16,829 nt of DNA from Candidatus Bipolaricaulia bacterium (lineage in GTDB: Bacteria; Bipolaricaulota; Bipolaricaulia; RBG-16-55-9), in contig JBDGQO010000079.1 in the NCBI GenBank assembly GCA_042219045.1, positions 1 to 16,829 of the forward strand. Reading direction: 5' to 3'. Shown piece by piece: positions 8,054 to 16,730 of this stretch. The position numbers and the translations under genes are program-made. How positions within the stretch are numbered: the stretch's first letter is position 1; every line of letters begins with the position of its first letter. The notes below the pieces were generated by a model, which was given only the letters and a program-made list of their open reading frames with translations, was not told the DNA's origin and did not search any database.

Positions 8054-8758
8054 ATGAAAGACTATTACGCCATTCTCGGGGTCAACCCCGACGCCGATCG
8101 CGAGACGATCCGAACCGTCTATCGCAAGCTCTGCCACATTTACCATCCCGATAAGGGATTGGAAGTCTCGCAATCGCGCATCACGGATATTTACGAAGCC
8201 TACGAGGTGCTGTCGGATCCCGAGCGGCGTGCCGAGTACGATCGGTGGTACCAGCGAGTTCGCTCAGATCCGTCGGATCGCAAGAGCGATGCCGGACAGC
8301 AAGATGATCAAAGCAGCGCCCCGAAAAAGGGCTCCAATGCCAGTTGCGCGGAACCAAACGGCAGTGGGCGCGAGCGTGACCGCGGTGCTGGCGGAAGGAC
8401 AACCGGGACGGAGACGTCCGGTCGGTCCAGAGAGCCTTATGCAAACGGATCCGCTCGACGATCGGCATTGTTTGGCTGGCCGAAGTGGCGGTATCAACGC
8501 GATCTCATGATTGGTGGCATTCCCACTGGCTTGTTTCTCGGTGTCCTGGGAATTGTGGCGAAAGTTCCCTTGTTCGCCTTAGTCGGAATGGCGTCGGCTG
8601 CCGGGACCGCTTATGCGGGTGTCAAGACGGATTGGCTTCACCAACTCGAACGTGCTGAACTCGGTGCGATCCTTGTCGGCCAGGCCAGTCTCGTGTCCAC
8701 AAGCGCCATTCTCGCCATCACCGCCATCTACCTCGTGCTCTGGATCGTTGGCGTGTAG
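8054..8758 (+). CDS. J-domain (DnaJ class C) protein with C-terminal transmembrane segments
   Basis: MKDYYAILGV...YRKL...YHPDK...EAYEVLSDPERRAEYD, then a low-complexity polar linker and hydrophobic helices. No G/F region or zinc finger. Confidence 0.88.
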   Translation: MKDYYAILGVNPDADRETIRTVYRKLCHIYHPDKGLEVSQSRITDIYEAYEVLSDPERRAEYDRWYQRVRSDPSDRKSDAGQQDDQSSAPKKGSNASCAEPNGSGRERDRGAGGRTTGTETSGRSREPYANGSARRSALFGWPKWRYQRDLMIGGIPTGLFLGVLGIVAKVPLFALVGMASAAGTAYAGVKTDWLHQLERAELGAILVGQASLVSTSAILAITAIYLVLWIVGV

Positions 8759-9087
8759 AGGGTTCCTGTTCTGATGCATGCAAGTGGTGTCTGCACACTG
8801 TGAGCCTTGATCTAAGACGTTTCCAACCCGCGCTGGTCATTTGTCCGTTACCGCTATTCTGATCACATCCCCAAACTAAAATTCGGTTTCGAACTGCCGA
8901 GTGGAGTATTGTTCGAAACGCCAGCTTGCCGCACCCATTCCCTGGCAAACGCAGAGACATACTGCTGGATGCCGGGCCAACGGCCCGTGCGCTGAGGGGC
9001 TATGTCCAGCTCTGGAAACGTTGACGCAGTGATAACGGCGGCGTGATAAGCTTGGAGCTATCTTGGCAACCGTTAGGAGAGTCTGGC

Positions 9088-10398
9088 ATGGCTGACCCAG
9101 ATACCGGCCGAAGATATCAATCGCGTCGGGCGTTTCTGAGGCGTTTCGGGGCAAGCGTGATCGGCTTGAGCGTGGGATCCGGCTTCGGTTCCCCATCGGT
9201 CCTCGGCCTAACAGCACAGGGCATGCCGATCACGGGTCCGTCGGTTCCGGGCATGCAGAGCTTCGATCGTGTCATCCCGAGTTTAATGCGAAAGTGGGAC
9301 GTTCCGGGGGGAGCGGTTGCTGTCGTGAAGGACGAGCGATTGGTGCTCGCCCGTGGCTACGGGCTGGCCGATCAAGCGCAGGGTTCCGACGTCCAACCGG
9401 ACGCGCTGTTCCGCATTGCCAGTGTGTCAAAACCGATTACGTCGGTGGCGACCTTGCAATTGGTTGAGAACGGCCAGCTCAGCCTCGATGACAAGGCCTT
9501 CGATATCCTCAACCGCTTTAAGCCGTCCGGCGGCGTCCGAGACGAACGAGTCAACGATATCACCGTTCGCATGCTGCTGCAGCATGCTGGTGGTTGGGAC
9601 ATTGACGAGCTTGGCTACGACCCGATGTTCGCGTCGACTCGCATTGCGGAGGCCGAAGGGACCGAGCCGCCCGCCGATGCCGACACGATCATCCGCTTTA
9701 TGCTGAAGCGACGGCTCAACTTTACGCCGGGGACGGATTACGCCTATGCCAATTTCGGCTACTGCGTGCTGGGCCGGGTCATCGAGGAGGTTACGGGTCA
9801 GTCCTATGAGACCCATGTGAAAGCAAGCGTTCTCGCCCCCATGGGCATCTCTCGGATGCAGATCGGCCATACGCGCAAGTCCCAGCGGGTCGAAGGCGAA
9901 GTCCGCTACCACGGAGGCAACTTGGTCAATTCCGTCTTTCCGAATGGCGGCCTCGTGTCTCGGCCTTACGGCGGCTTCTACTTGGAAGCGATGGACGCCC
10001 ATGGCGGTTGGATCGCATCATCCATCGATCTGATGCGGTTCATGACGCACGTCGACGGTCGCGCTTCGATCGCGGATATCCTCGAGAAGGGAACGCTGCG
10101 GACCATGACGGCTCGACCCCAAGTTCCCCACTGGCAGGGGAAGGACTTTTACTATGCGATGGGGTGGACTGTCCGCCCCCAATCGGAGAACTGGTGGCAT
10201 ACCGGTTCACTTCCCGGCACCTCGAGCATTCTGGTGCGGACGGGGCAGCGCAATCGAAACCTCTCCTGGGCCGCGCTGTTCAACAGTCGGCCTGACAATT
10301 GGCAGAAGTTCAACGCGGAGATGGACAGTGCGCTCTGGGAAGCGGTCCGCAACGTCTCCAGCTGGCCGGACCATGATCTGTTCGGCCGATTTCCCTGA
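9088..10398 (+). CDS. Tat-exported serine hydrolase, beta-lactamase class C / penicillin-binding-like family
   Basis: AGGAG SD before ATG 9088. Twin-arginine motif SRRAFL. FRIASVSK (SxxK), YANFGY (YxN) and WWHTGS (HTG). Confidence 0.92.
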   Translation: MADPDTGRRYQSRRAFLRRFGASVIGLSVGSGFGSPSVLGLTAQGMPITGPSVPGMQSFDRVIPSLMRKWDVPGGAVAVVKDERLVLARGYGLADQAQGSDVQPDALFRIASVSKPITSVATLQLVENGQLSLDDKAFDILNRFKPSGGVRDERVNDITVRMLLQHAGGWDIDELGYDPMFASTRIAEAEGTEPPADADTIIRFMLKRRLNFTPGTDYAYANFGYCVLGRVIEEVTGQSYETHVKASVLAPMGISRMQIGHTRKSQRVEGEVRYHGGNLVNSVFPNGGLVSRPYGGFYLEAMDAHGGWIASSIDLMRFMTHVDGRASIADILEKGTLRTMTARPQVPHWQGKDFYYAMGWTVRPQSENWWHTGSLPGTSSILVRTGQRNRNLSWAALFNSRPDNWQKFNAEMDSALWEAVRNVSSWPDHDLFGRFP

Positions 10399-10470
10399 GG
10401 CTCGAGCCCCCGATGGCCATCATCCGGTGTCACGCCATCAGCAAACGTGGACAACTCATAAGGACAGCCC

Positions 10471-10563
10471 TACAGGCCACCGCACAAGTCGAGTCAACCT
10501 ACGGTCGCAGCGTTGACCCCGCTGACAGCAACTGACTTGACTGGACTTTCGCGGTGATCAGTA
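10471..10563 (-). mobile_element. MITE-like element, copy 2 (inverted relative to copy 1)
   Basis: Same length and terminal repeats as 5320-5412. TA at 10471-10472 and 10562-10563. Similarity stops at the TA boundaries (within 1 nt). Confidence 0.85.
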
Positions 10564-10638
10564 AATCTTCTGCGGCCGGTTAGAGATCCGCTGGAGGAAT
10601 CCCGATTCCCTCATGTGATGCTTGGCAAAGGCTGTCTG

Positions 10639-10666
10639 TTGAGATCCAATGCGCGGGCGTTAGGAT
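10639..10666 (+). promoter_or_regulatory. Putative sigma70 promoter, possibly leaderless transcript
   Basis: TTGAGA (10639-10644)-N16-TAGGAT (10661-10666), 6 nt before ATG 10673. Confidence 0.4.
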
Positions 10667-10672
10667 AGTCGC

Positions 10673-11917
10673 ATGTCCACAAAGCGTTTCATCCATGGCA
10701 TCGCATTGCTGTTGGCTGTCGGAGGGCTGGGCTTCGTCTCGTTCAGCTTGGCAGCTCCTGTCAAGGCCCGGCCGACCAGTCCCCAAGTTCTCCAAACCAT
10801 CGTCCCGGACCGCATAACGGGCGCCCGAACGGCCTACGGGACCGTCCAATTTGTGGATCCGCAGGCCGATGTGACGAAGGCTGAATTCCACGTCATCGAT
10901 GGCAAGTTCAACCCGTTTGAAGTCTCTTACAGTCCGAATCGCCGCCAGCTGAGTCGGGGAACCGACGGGGATGCAACCACGGTGGCGTTCCCGCTCGACT
11001 GCTCCATGGCCGACCAGCGCGTAACGCTCAAGCTCGAATTGGTGGATCGACAAGGGAACCGGAGCCGTCCCACCCCCATTTCGTTCACATGTGGCTCGCC
11101 GTTGAGGGGCAACTTCGATGAGGAACAGGCCCAGACTCGGCCCGTCAATCATCGAGTGACGATGAACCTCTTCGTGCTCGATGAGGGGGTCAACTCGCTC
11201 TCGGATGGGGCCGGCTTTCCCAGCGCCGACGCCGCGATTGGCCAGCCCCGTGAAAGGCTGCAGGCGGCGGTCCGAGAGCAGATCGTGCCGGCGATTACCC
11301 GCATTTGGGACCAGTGTGGCGTGGGGTTCCGGTTGGGAACCTTCAAAATCGTGCGTCCCGGCCAGATTGCTTTATCACAGGGATCGTTGGCCGAGGAGCT
11401 CTTCGTCCAAAGGGATCATCTCCCCGAGATCGCTCTGGCGAACGACCCTCTCCGCGTCATGTCGGAAGCCCATGATCGGATAGATGAATTGCTAGAGCCC
11501 CAGAAAAGCACGCTGGGAGCGAATGAACTGACCGTCTTTGCCTCCAGTGCCCGGCTCGTGGCCCAACCTGACGATGAACAGCAGTTCGGAGGCTTGACGA
11601 CGGTGATGGGTCGAGTCTCCTTCGTGCGCTGGGATGCTGTGCTTCCCGAAACGAATTCACCGGGCCCGATCATGCTTCCCAAACGGGTGGTCACGGCCAT
11701 GGCCCATGAATTCGGGCACAACTTCGGACTCGGCCACGTCTCCGAACCCTCGGACCGACGGAATCTCATGTTCGCCGACCCCGACGGCCGGGCCGTCCAC
11801 GTCCCGCCCCAACCGCCCGTCGCGTTGAAAGCCTCGCAATGTGATAAAACCATCGATCACATTCGCAATTCTGGCTTGGGGCAGGCCGATGAGCAATCGC
11901 CAGATGGAGGCCCATGA
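10673..11917 (+). CDS. Secreted zinc metalloprotease (metzincin clan) with N-terminal beta-sandwich-like domain
   Basis: Signal peptide. HEFGHNFGLGH (HExxHxxGxxH) followed by the Met-turn NLMF. Confidence 0.88.
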   Translation: MSTKRFIHGIALLLAVGGLGFVSFSLAAPVKARPTSPQVLQTIVPDRITGARTAYGTVQFVDPQADVTKAEFHVIDGKFNPFEVSYSPNRRQLSRGTDGDATTVAFPLDCSMADQRVTLKLELVDRQGNRSRPTPISFTCGSPLRGNFDEEQAQTRPVNHRVTMNLFVLDEGVNSLSDGAGFPSADAAIGQPRERLQAAVREQIVPAITRIWDQCGVGFRLGTFKIVRPGQIALSQGSLAEELFVQRDHLPEIALANDPLRVMSEAHDRIDELLEPQKSTLGANELTVFASSARLVAQPDDEQQFGGLTTVMGRVSFVRWDAVLPETNSPGPIMLPKRVVTAMAHEFGHNFGLGHVSEPSDRRNLMFADPDGRAVHVPPQPPVALKASQCDKTIDHIRNSGLGQADEQSPDGGP

Positions 11918-11956
11918 ATGGTGGTACGAGCCCGGCCCGACACCATCTGATATCCG

Positions 11957-12907
11957 TTACCTGGCTGCCGTTCCAGTCCGAGCCTTTCCAAGAACCCTTG
12001 GCGCATTGCGAATTTCCGTTGATGCATCGTTCCAATCCCCTTGGATGACATCGTTCATGAGCTTGGCCGCCACATCGAGGTAAAATGGGGTTCGGTGGTT
12101 CGTACCGACGCAACAAGTGACGTCCACCTCTCGGTAATTGGCCGGCATGGTCCCGTCGATGCCCTGTTGACCGAGCGGCATGTCGAAAAGCCCGAATAGC
12201 GCCCAACGGAGCGTACCGTCCCGCCGGTTGAAATAATTGACAATGCGATCAACTTTGGTTTCCACCGGCTCGATAAGATCAAGTTTCGCGAATATATCGT
12301 CCTCGACAGCGGCCCCGATCAGTTGGACCGTCTCCACCTTCGGCCCGCCACGTTGATAAAAGACCTCGACCGTCCTCAAGACGATTCTGGCGCCCAGCGA
12401 GTGCCCGACGAGGTGGAGGCCCGTTTTCGGACATTGGTCGGCGTAGTCAACCAGAAAACGGGCCAGCTTCTGCCCGTTTCGATCGGCAATTTGAGTGGCA
12501 TCCCAAAAGTTGAAGGGCGAAAGCCAGAATCCGGTTTCCGAGTCCCAACTGAATCCTACCACGGGATCGCTGAAGGATGCCTCCGCGATGTCGAAGCTTT
12601 CGATGGCACTCGTCTCACCTTTGTCATAGCCGTGGACGAACGTGATCAGTCGCGGTGGACAGCGGCCTCCCATCAAGCCCGGCACGTGGCCCAAAACCTG
12701 ATACGACGTCGGGCCGATCCCTTCCTTGAGCTTGCGGGTCTCCGGGTCGAAGTGGCCTCGTGTCGAGACGATGGGCGTGTCGGCGTTGCCCGGGAGTTCG
12801 TCGGCGCTTTGTGCCGTCGCCGCAGGGGTCGCCAACAAGCAGAACGCAACAAGGCCCACCCATCCGACCGTCAGGTTGACTGGCATGCACGCGGCCGCTC
12901 GCACCAA
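11957..12907 (-). CDS. Secreted alpha/beta hydrolase (DUF726/DUF900-like)
   Basis: FVHGY oxyanion motif, VVGFSWDS, GHSLG nucleophile elbow, LIGAAV, NYFNRRD and a C-terminal His. The start is placed at TTG 12907 after a GGAGGTG SD (alternatives GTG 12904, ATG 12886). Signal-peptide-like N-terminus ending ATA-QS. Confidence 0.85.
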   Translation of the reverse strand: MVRAAACMPVNLTVGWVGLVAFCLLATPAATAQSADELPGNADTPIVSTRGHFDPETRKLKEGIGPTSYQVLGHVPGLMGGRCPPRLITFVHGYDKGETSAIESFDIAEASFSDPVVGFSWDSETGFWLSPFNFWDATQIADRNGQKLARFLVDYADQCPKTGLHLVGHSLGARIVLRTVEVFYQRGGPKVETVQLIGAAVEDDIFAKLDLIEPVETKVDRIVNYFNRRDGTLRWALFGLFDMPLGQQGIDGTMPANYREVDVTCCVGTNHRTPFYLDVAAKLMNDVIQGDWNDASTEIRNAPRVLGKARTGTAAR

Positions 12908-13079
12908 GTTTGGGCACCTCCAAGCCCCTTGGTACCGCGCGAACGGGACGCCCAACAACGAGCTGACGCTTTGCAGAACGGACCGGAATGGACACCGAGA
13001 TCGTGCCGATCATGTGTCGAGCGTGCCCGATGGGCTTGAGCGGGAGGCAGCAGGGCGATTGCTCGCTCTCGCGGTCGGG

Positions 13080-13119
13080 GCGAGGGGCGACGGAGGCGGA
13101 GCCCCTCGCTTGTTACACT
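13080..13119 (+). promoter_or_regulatory. Hairpin plus extended -10 element upstream of SRAP gene
   Basis: GCGAGGGGC (13080-13088)/GCCCCTCGC (13101-13109), then TGtTACACT (13111-13119) 8 nt before ATG 13128. No SD. Confidence 0.5.
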
Positions 13120-13127
13120 TCCACCGT

Positions 13128-13805
13128 ATGTGTGGCCGATTCTCCTTGACGGTCGGTGACCGCGACATTGCTGAGCAGTGGAACGTCCGCGTTCCCTTCG
13201 ATGTTCCCGCCCGCTACAACATCGCTCCGTCCCAGCCCGTCGTCGCGCTTCGGGCCGATGGAGGGCGGCGCGTGGACGAGTTCCGCTGGGGGCTTGTGCC
13301 CCATTGGGCCAAGGACCCCGAGATCGGCAACCGCATGATCAACGCGCGGGCCGAGACTCTCTTCGAGAAACCCGCCTTTCGGGCGGCCGCGATGCGCCGG
13401 CGCTGCCTCGTGCTCGCGGACGGGTTCTACGAGTGGAAGCGGACCAACGGCAAAAAACAGCCTTACTACGTCCGGCTCAAGTCGGGGCGGCCCTTCGGAT
13501 TCGCCGGAATTTGGGAACATTGGGAAGGGGCGCAAGGTGAGTTGCACACCTGCTCGATCGTGACCACCGAGCCCAACGAGCTGATGATGTCGATCCACGA
13601 CCGCATGCCCGTCATCGTGCGGAAGGACCTCGAGGACCTGTGGCTCGATCCGGAGATCCACGACACCGCCGAGCTTGGACGCGCCTTGCAGCCCTTCCCG
13701 GATGATGAGATGGCGGCACATCCGGTCTCCACGATCGTCAACAATCCCGACAACGACGTGGCGGAGTGCGTCAAGCCGGCAACCCGACAGGATCCTCTCT
13801 TCTAG
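13128..13805 (+). CDS. SOS response-associated peptidase (SRAP; YedK/HMCES family), 225 aa
   Basis: Starts MCGRF (catalytic Cys2). Also RYNIAPSQ, WGLVPHW, INARAET, RRCLVLADGFYEW and IHDRMPVI. Confidence 0.96.
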   Translation: MCGRFSLTVGDRDIAEQWNVRVPFDVPARYNIAPSQPVVALRADGGRRVDEFRWGLVPHWAKDPEIGNRMINARAETLFEKPAFRAAAMRRRCLVLADGFYEWKRTNGKKQPYYVRLKSGRPFGFAGIWEHWEGAQGELHTCSIVTTEPNELMMSIHDRMPVIVRKDLEDLWLDPEIHDTAELGRALQPFPDDEMAAHPVSTIVNNPDNDVAECVKPATRQDPLF

Positions 13806-14045
13806 CCTAGCGGCCGTGCCCCCTAGGACGAACGGCGCGACGGTCCTGGATATTTCGTCGGCCATGGTGGCATCATCGGGGAGAACGAGGGGTTTTACCA
13901 CGCGATATTCCTCGCTATCGAGGAGCAAGCTGAGTCCGCCCATGATGAATCCGATCCCCACGAACACAGGCAGAATCCCATCCCGAGCTTCGCAATGTGT
14001 TCGTCGACTGAGACGGAGTGACGATCTGTTGACCCCGCATCAGGC

Positions 14046-14075
14046 TTGATATGCATGCCAAACATGCGCTATTTT
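14046..14075 (+). promoter_or_regulatory. Putative promoter with dyad in spacer
   Basis: TTGATA-N18-TATTTT, with GCATG-ccaaa-CATGC (14053-14067) inside the spacer. Confidence 0.35.
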
Positions 14076-14093
14076 TGGAATCAGGTGATTCTT

Positions 14094-14339
14094 ATGAGCG
14101 GTGAAATGTTGAACATCGGCTTGGACAACATGGTGAGCACGGACGAGGTTGTCGCCATTGCCCGTCCCGACTCGCTGCCGATCAAACAGCTGGTGAACGC
14201 CTCGGACGAACAGAATAAGCTGATCGACTTGACCCGGGGGCGCAAGCGCCGGTCGGTGATCGTGACCAAGTCGGGCTATGTGATCCTGTCGCCTCTGCGG
14301 ACACCGACGTTGGCTGAGCGGTTTACCGACTCTGGCTGA
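14094..14339 (+). CDS. remA: RemA / DUF370 family regulator (81 aa)
   Basis: LNIGLDNMVS...VVAIARPDSLPIKQL...KLIDLTRGRKRRSVIVTKSGYVILS....TLAERF matches the RemA pattern. AGGTGA SD before ATG 14094. Confidence 0.88.
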   Translation: MSGEMLNIGLDNMVSTDEVVAIARPDSLPIKQLVNASDEQNKLIDLTRGRKRRSVIVTKSGYVILSPLRTPTLAERFTDSG

Positions 14340-14350
14340 CGACCGCGCTG

Positions 14351-14767
14351 ATGCCGGACTACGCGCTCATTGAAGTGCCTCCGTCCGTGGAGGACTATCG
14401 TGCGCTCCGCAAGCGTGCCGGCTTGAGCGAACGGACCCGCGAGGCCGCGGAGGCCGGATTGCCGAACACGTGGGTCGGCGTCCGGATCGAGCACGATGGC
14501 GAAGCCGTCGGCATGGGGCGGATCGTCGGCGACGGCGGCTGCTTCTTCAAGGTCGTGGACATCGCCGTGCTCCCGGAGCACCAAGGCCAAGGGCTGGGCA
14601 AGCGGATCATGTCCGCCCTCATGCGTCACTTCGAGGCCCATGCGCCGGAGTCGGCGAGCCTCAGCCTGATCGCCGACGGCGAGGCGAAACACCTCTACGC
14701 GCAGTTCGGCTTCCAACCGACCGCGCCCCAGTCGATCGGCATGACATGTCGCAAGGGACACCGTTAG
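14351..14767 (+). CDS. GNAT family N-acetyltransferase
   Basis: VGMGRIVGDG..F.VVDIAVLPEHQGQGLGKRIM (motif A) and LYAQFGF. Starts 11 nt after the remA stop, so probably co-transcribed. Confidence 0.93.
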   Translation: MPDYALIEVPPSVEDYRALRKRAGLSERTREAAEAGLPNTWVGVRIEHDGEAVGMGRIVGDGGCFFKVVDIAVLPEHQGQGLGKRIMSALMRHFEAHAPESASLSLIADGEAKHLYAQFGFQPTAPQSIGMTCRKGHR

Positions 14768-14827
14768 CGCGCGCTGTCGGGAGGCGTGTTGGCCCAACCA
14801 TCGAACAAGCTCTCCACCAAATAAGGC

Positions 14828-14867
14828 TGCGGCGCTCCGGATCCGACGCGGGACCCGGAGCGCCGCA
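14828..14867. terminator. Strong hairpin between convergent genes, possible bidirectional terminator
   Basis: Perfect 13-bp stem TGCGGCGCTCCGG/CCGGAGCGCCGCA. Only a weak U-rich tail on the minus strand. Confidence 0.55.
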
Positions 14868-14909
14868 CGATGAGCAACTGGGTGGCTTTCGCTGACCGTC
14901 GTTTCGGGC

Positions 14910-15899
14910 TTAACGTTCGATGACGGTCCCGCTCGCCCCGACGGCAGTCGTCGGATTGTTCCGCACGATGTCCTTCAGGTTCTGGCCCGTGGGCGTGTCC
15001 TCGGCGGACCAGGTTCCGTTCTCATAGCGGAAGACCTGGCCGCTGTTGCCGACAGCGTATCCTTGCCCACTGTCGATCTCGATGGCCTTCAAGTTGGCGT
15101 CGCCGAGGTCGGTTCGAGTCCATTCGGCGCCGTCCCAGTGGAAGACCATCCCGTTGCCGCCGGCGACCCACACGTCGTCCGCTCCGTTGCTGTCCACGCC
15201 GTAGAAGTTCACGTTGGCGTCGGGGATCCCGATGGCATTCCAGGTCTCGCCGTCGTCGGTGGCGAAGACCTTGCCGTTGGTATCCACAACATGACCGGCA
15301 CGTTCATCGTGGAAGTCGATCGCCTGCAGGCTTGAGCCGCTGCCAGGGGTGACGTAGTTCCAGGTGCCGGACTCGCCGTCCTCGAAGCTGTAGTGGATGT
15401 GACCGGAGTCACAGGCCGCGTACACGTTCGCCTTGTCGATGGGGCCGGTGACGGCCACGGCGTTCATGTTGTCGCCACTGTCGCCGGGGCCGCTGTGGTC
15501 GTCAAGGACTCCGCCAGCGACGGCGTATTCGCCGACGGCTCCACTGGAGCCGACGAACCAGAGGGCCTCGCCTTCGTTGGTGACGTCAGCCCCGTAGAGG
15601 TTCTTGCCGTTGCCCGAGGGGCCGCCGTCGACGACCTTCTTCCAGACCACCTCACCGTCGACGAGTTCCCGATCGAGGATGACGCCGTTGCCCCCGACCG
15701 CGAATTGACCGTTTGCGGTGGATTCGGCGTCGTAGAGGTCGTTGTCGGTCTCGGCTTCCACGACGGTCCAGGCGTCCTCGTCAACGCCAAGCCCTCGAAC
15801 ACCCGAGGTCTCGGGCGTGTCCGTCTCCGTCGTCGCGCACCCGTAGAGGGCTGTCGATAGCAACACGACGACCGCCAAAGGAGCAACGATTCTCTTCAT
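14910..15899 (-). CDS. Acidic lipoprotein with BNR/Ycf48-like beta-propeller repeats
   Basis: AGGAGAGG SD. MKR then a hydrophobic stretch and LYGC lipobox. About seven repeats of W....(T/S)..(N/D)L..(V/I).......(A/V)G..G.(I/V), including an Asp-box (TDDGETW). Confidence 0.85.
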   Translation of the reverse strand: MKRIVAPLAVVVLLSTALYGCATTETDTPETSGVRGLGVDEDAWTVVEAETDNDLYDAESTANGQFAVGGNGVILDRELVDGEVVWKKVVDGGPSGNGKNLYGADVTNEGEALWFVGSSGAVGEYAVAGGVLDDHSGPGDSGDNMNAVAVTGPIDKANVYAACDSGHIHYSFEDGESGTWNYVTPGSGSSLQAIDFHDERAGHVVDTNGKVFATDDGETWNAIGIPDANVNFYGVDSNGADDVWVAGGNGMVFHWDGAEWTRTDLGDANLKAIEIDSGQGYAVGNSGQVFRYENGTWSAEDTPTGQNLKDIVRNNPTTAVGASGTVIER

Positions 15900-16106
15900 G
15901 ATCTATCCTCTCCTTTCCTTGGCTGAGATGGATCTTATCTGGGCTGAGGTCGAATTCGAATGGAAAGGAGGTGCAAGTGGGGTGAAACAAAGTAAAACCA
16001 TTAGTGGCGCGGCGTGCGCCCGTATCGGTGTCAGGGGATGGATTGGGCATGACCGTCCGTTAGGTCGGGCCGATTGAAGTGGACGGCGTTCGGGGATCGA
16101 GGACGT

Positions 16107-16730
16107 CTACCAAAAGTAGTTGACGGCGTAGTAGACGAGGGAGACGTACTCGCGGACCACAGCCCTGATCGAGTCCTCGTCCCGCCACCACGCTCGCTGG
16201 TAGGCGCTGCGCTCAAACGGCACCGCCACGAACGTCAGCTCTGCCCGATCCCCGATGACGTGACGGAAGGTCGTCGCCACGCGGCGCATGTGGAAGGGGG
16301 AACTGACCACCAGCACGGACTCAAGCCCGGCCTCGTCGATGCGCCGAGCGGTGAACACGGCCTCTTCATAGGTGCTTGCGGTGGACGCGATCGTGATGGC
16401 CTGCTCAGGAACGCCTTCCGCTTCGGCGAAGTCTCGGACGATCTCCACGTTGGTCCGCTGCAAGAGGGGATTCCACCGCTCTTGCAGGCTGAGGATCAAG
16501 CGGGAGCCGTAGCCCCGCTGGAAGAGGTCCACGGCGTAGCGATACCGCTCCGGATGGCCGCCCATGACGCGAATTGCATCCGCGTTCGTGGGCGGCTGCG
16601 AGACGGACAAATAGCCGCCGACGGACATGAGCAGTGGCTGGTGGAAGATCACGGCGGCCACGAGCAGCAGGCCCGTTAGGCCCAAGATCGCGAGGCATTT
16701 GCGGCGACGGATCCACCGTATGACCGTCAA
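16107..16730 (-). CDS. YdcF / DUF218 (ElyC/SanA-like) family protein
   Basis: N-terminal TM helix, ADAIRVMGG..ER...AVDLF, STYEEA, LVVSSPFHMRR and REY. The TTG start is uncertain. Confidence 0.9.
   Translation of the reverse strand: MTVIRWIRRRKCLAILGLTGLLLVAAVIFHQPLLMSVGGYLSVSQPPTNADAIRVMGGHPERYRYAVDLFQRGYGSRLILSLQERWNPLLQRTNVEIVRDFAEAEGVPEQAITIASTASTYEEAVFTARRIDEAGLESVLVVSSPFHMRRVATTFRHVIGDRAELTFVAVPFERSAYQRAWWRDEDSIRAVVREYVSLVYYAVNYFW

Noticed and set aside
8886..8919. LexA (CGAAC-N4-GTTCG) box
   Set aside because: The half-sites are 16 nt apart, not 4.
12726..13127. 134-aa N-terminal extension of SRAP in the ORF track
   Set aside because: SRAP needs Cys at position 2, and the extension overlaps the divergent hydrolase gene and promoter.
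13113..14040. 284-aa minus ORF with a hydrophobic start
   Set aside because: It is mostly antisense to SRAP. The 13806-14040 part may be a decayed gene fragment, but nothing is recognisable.
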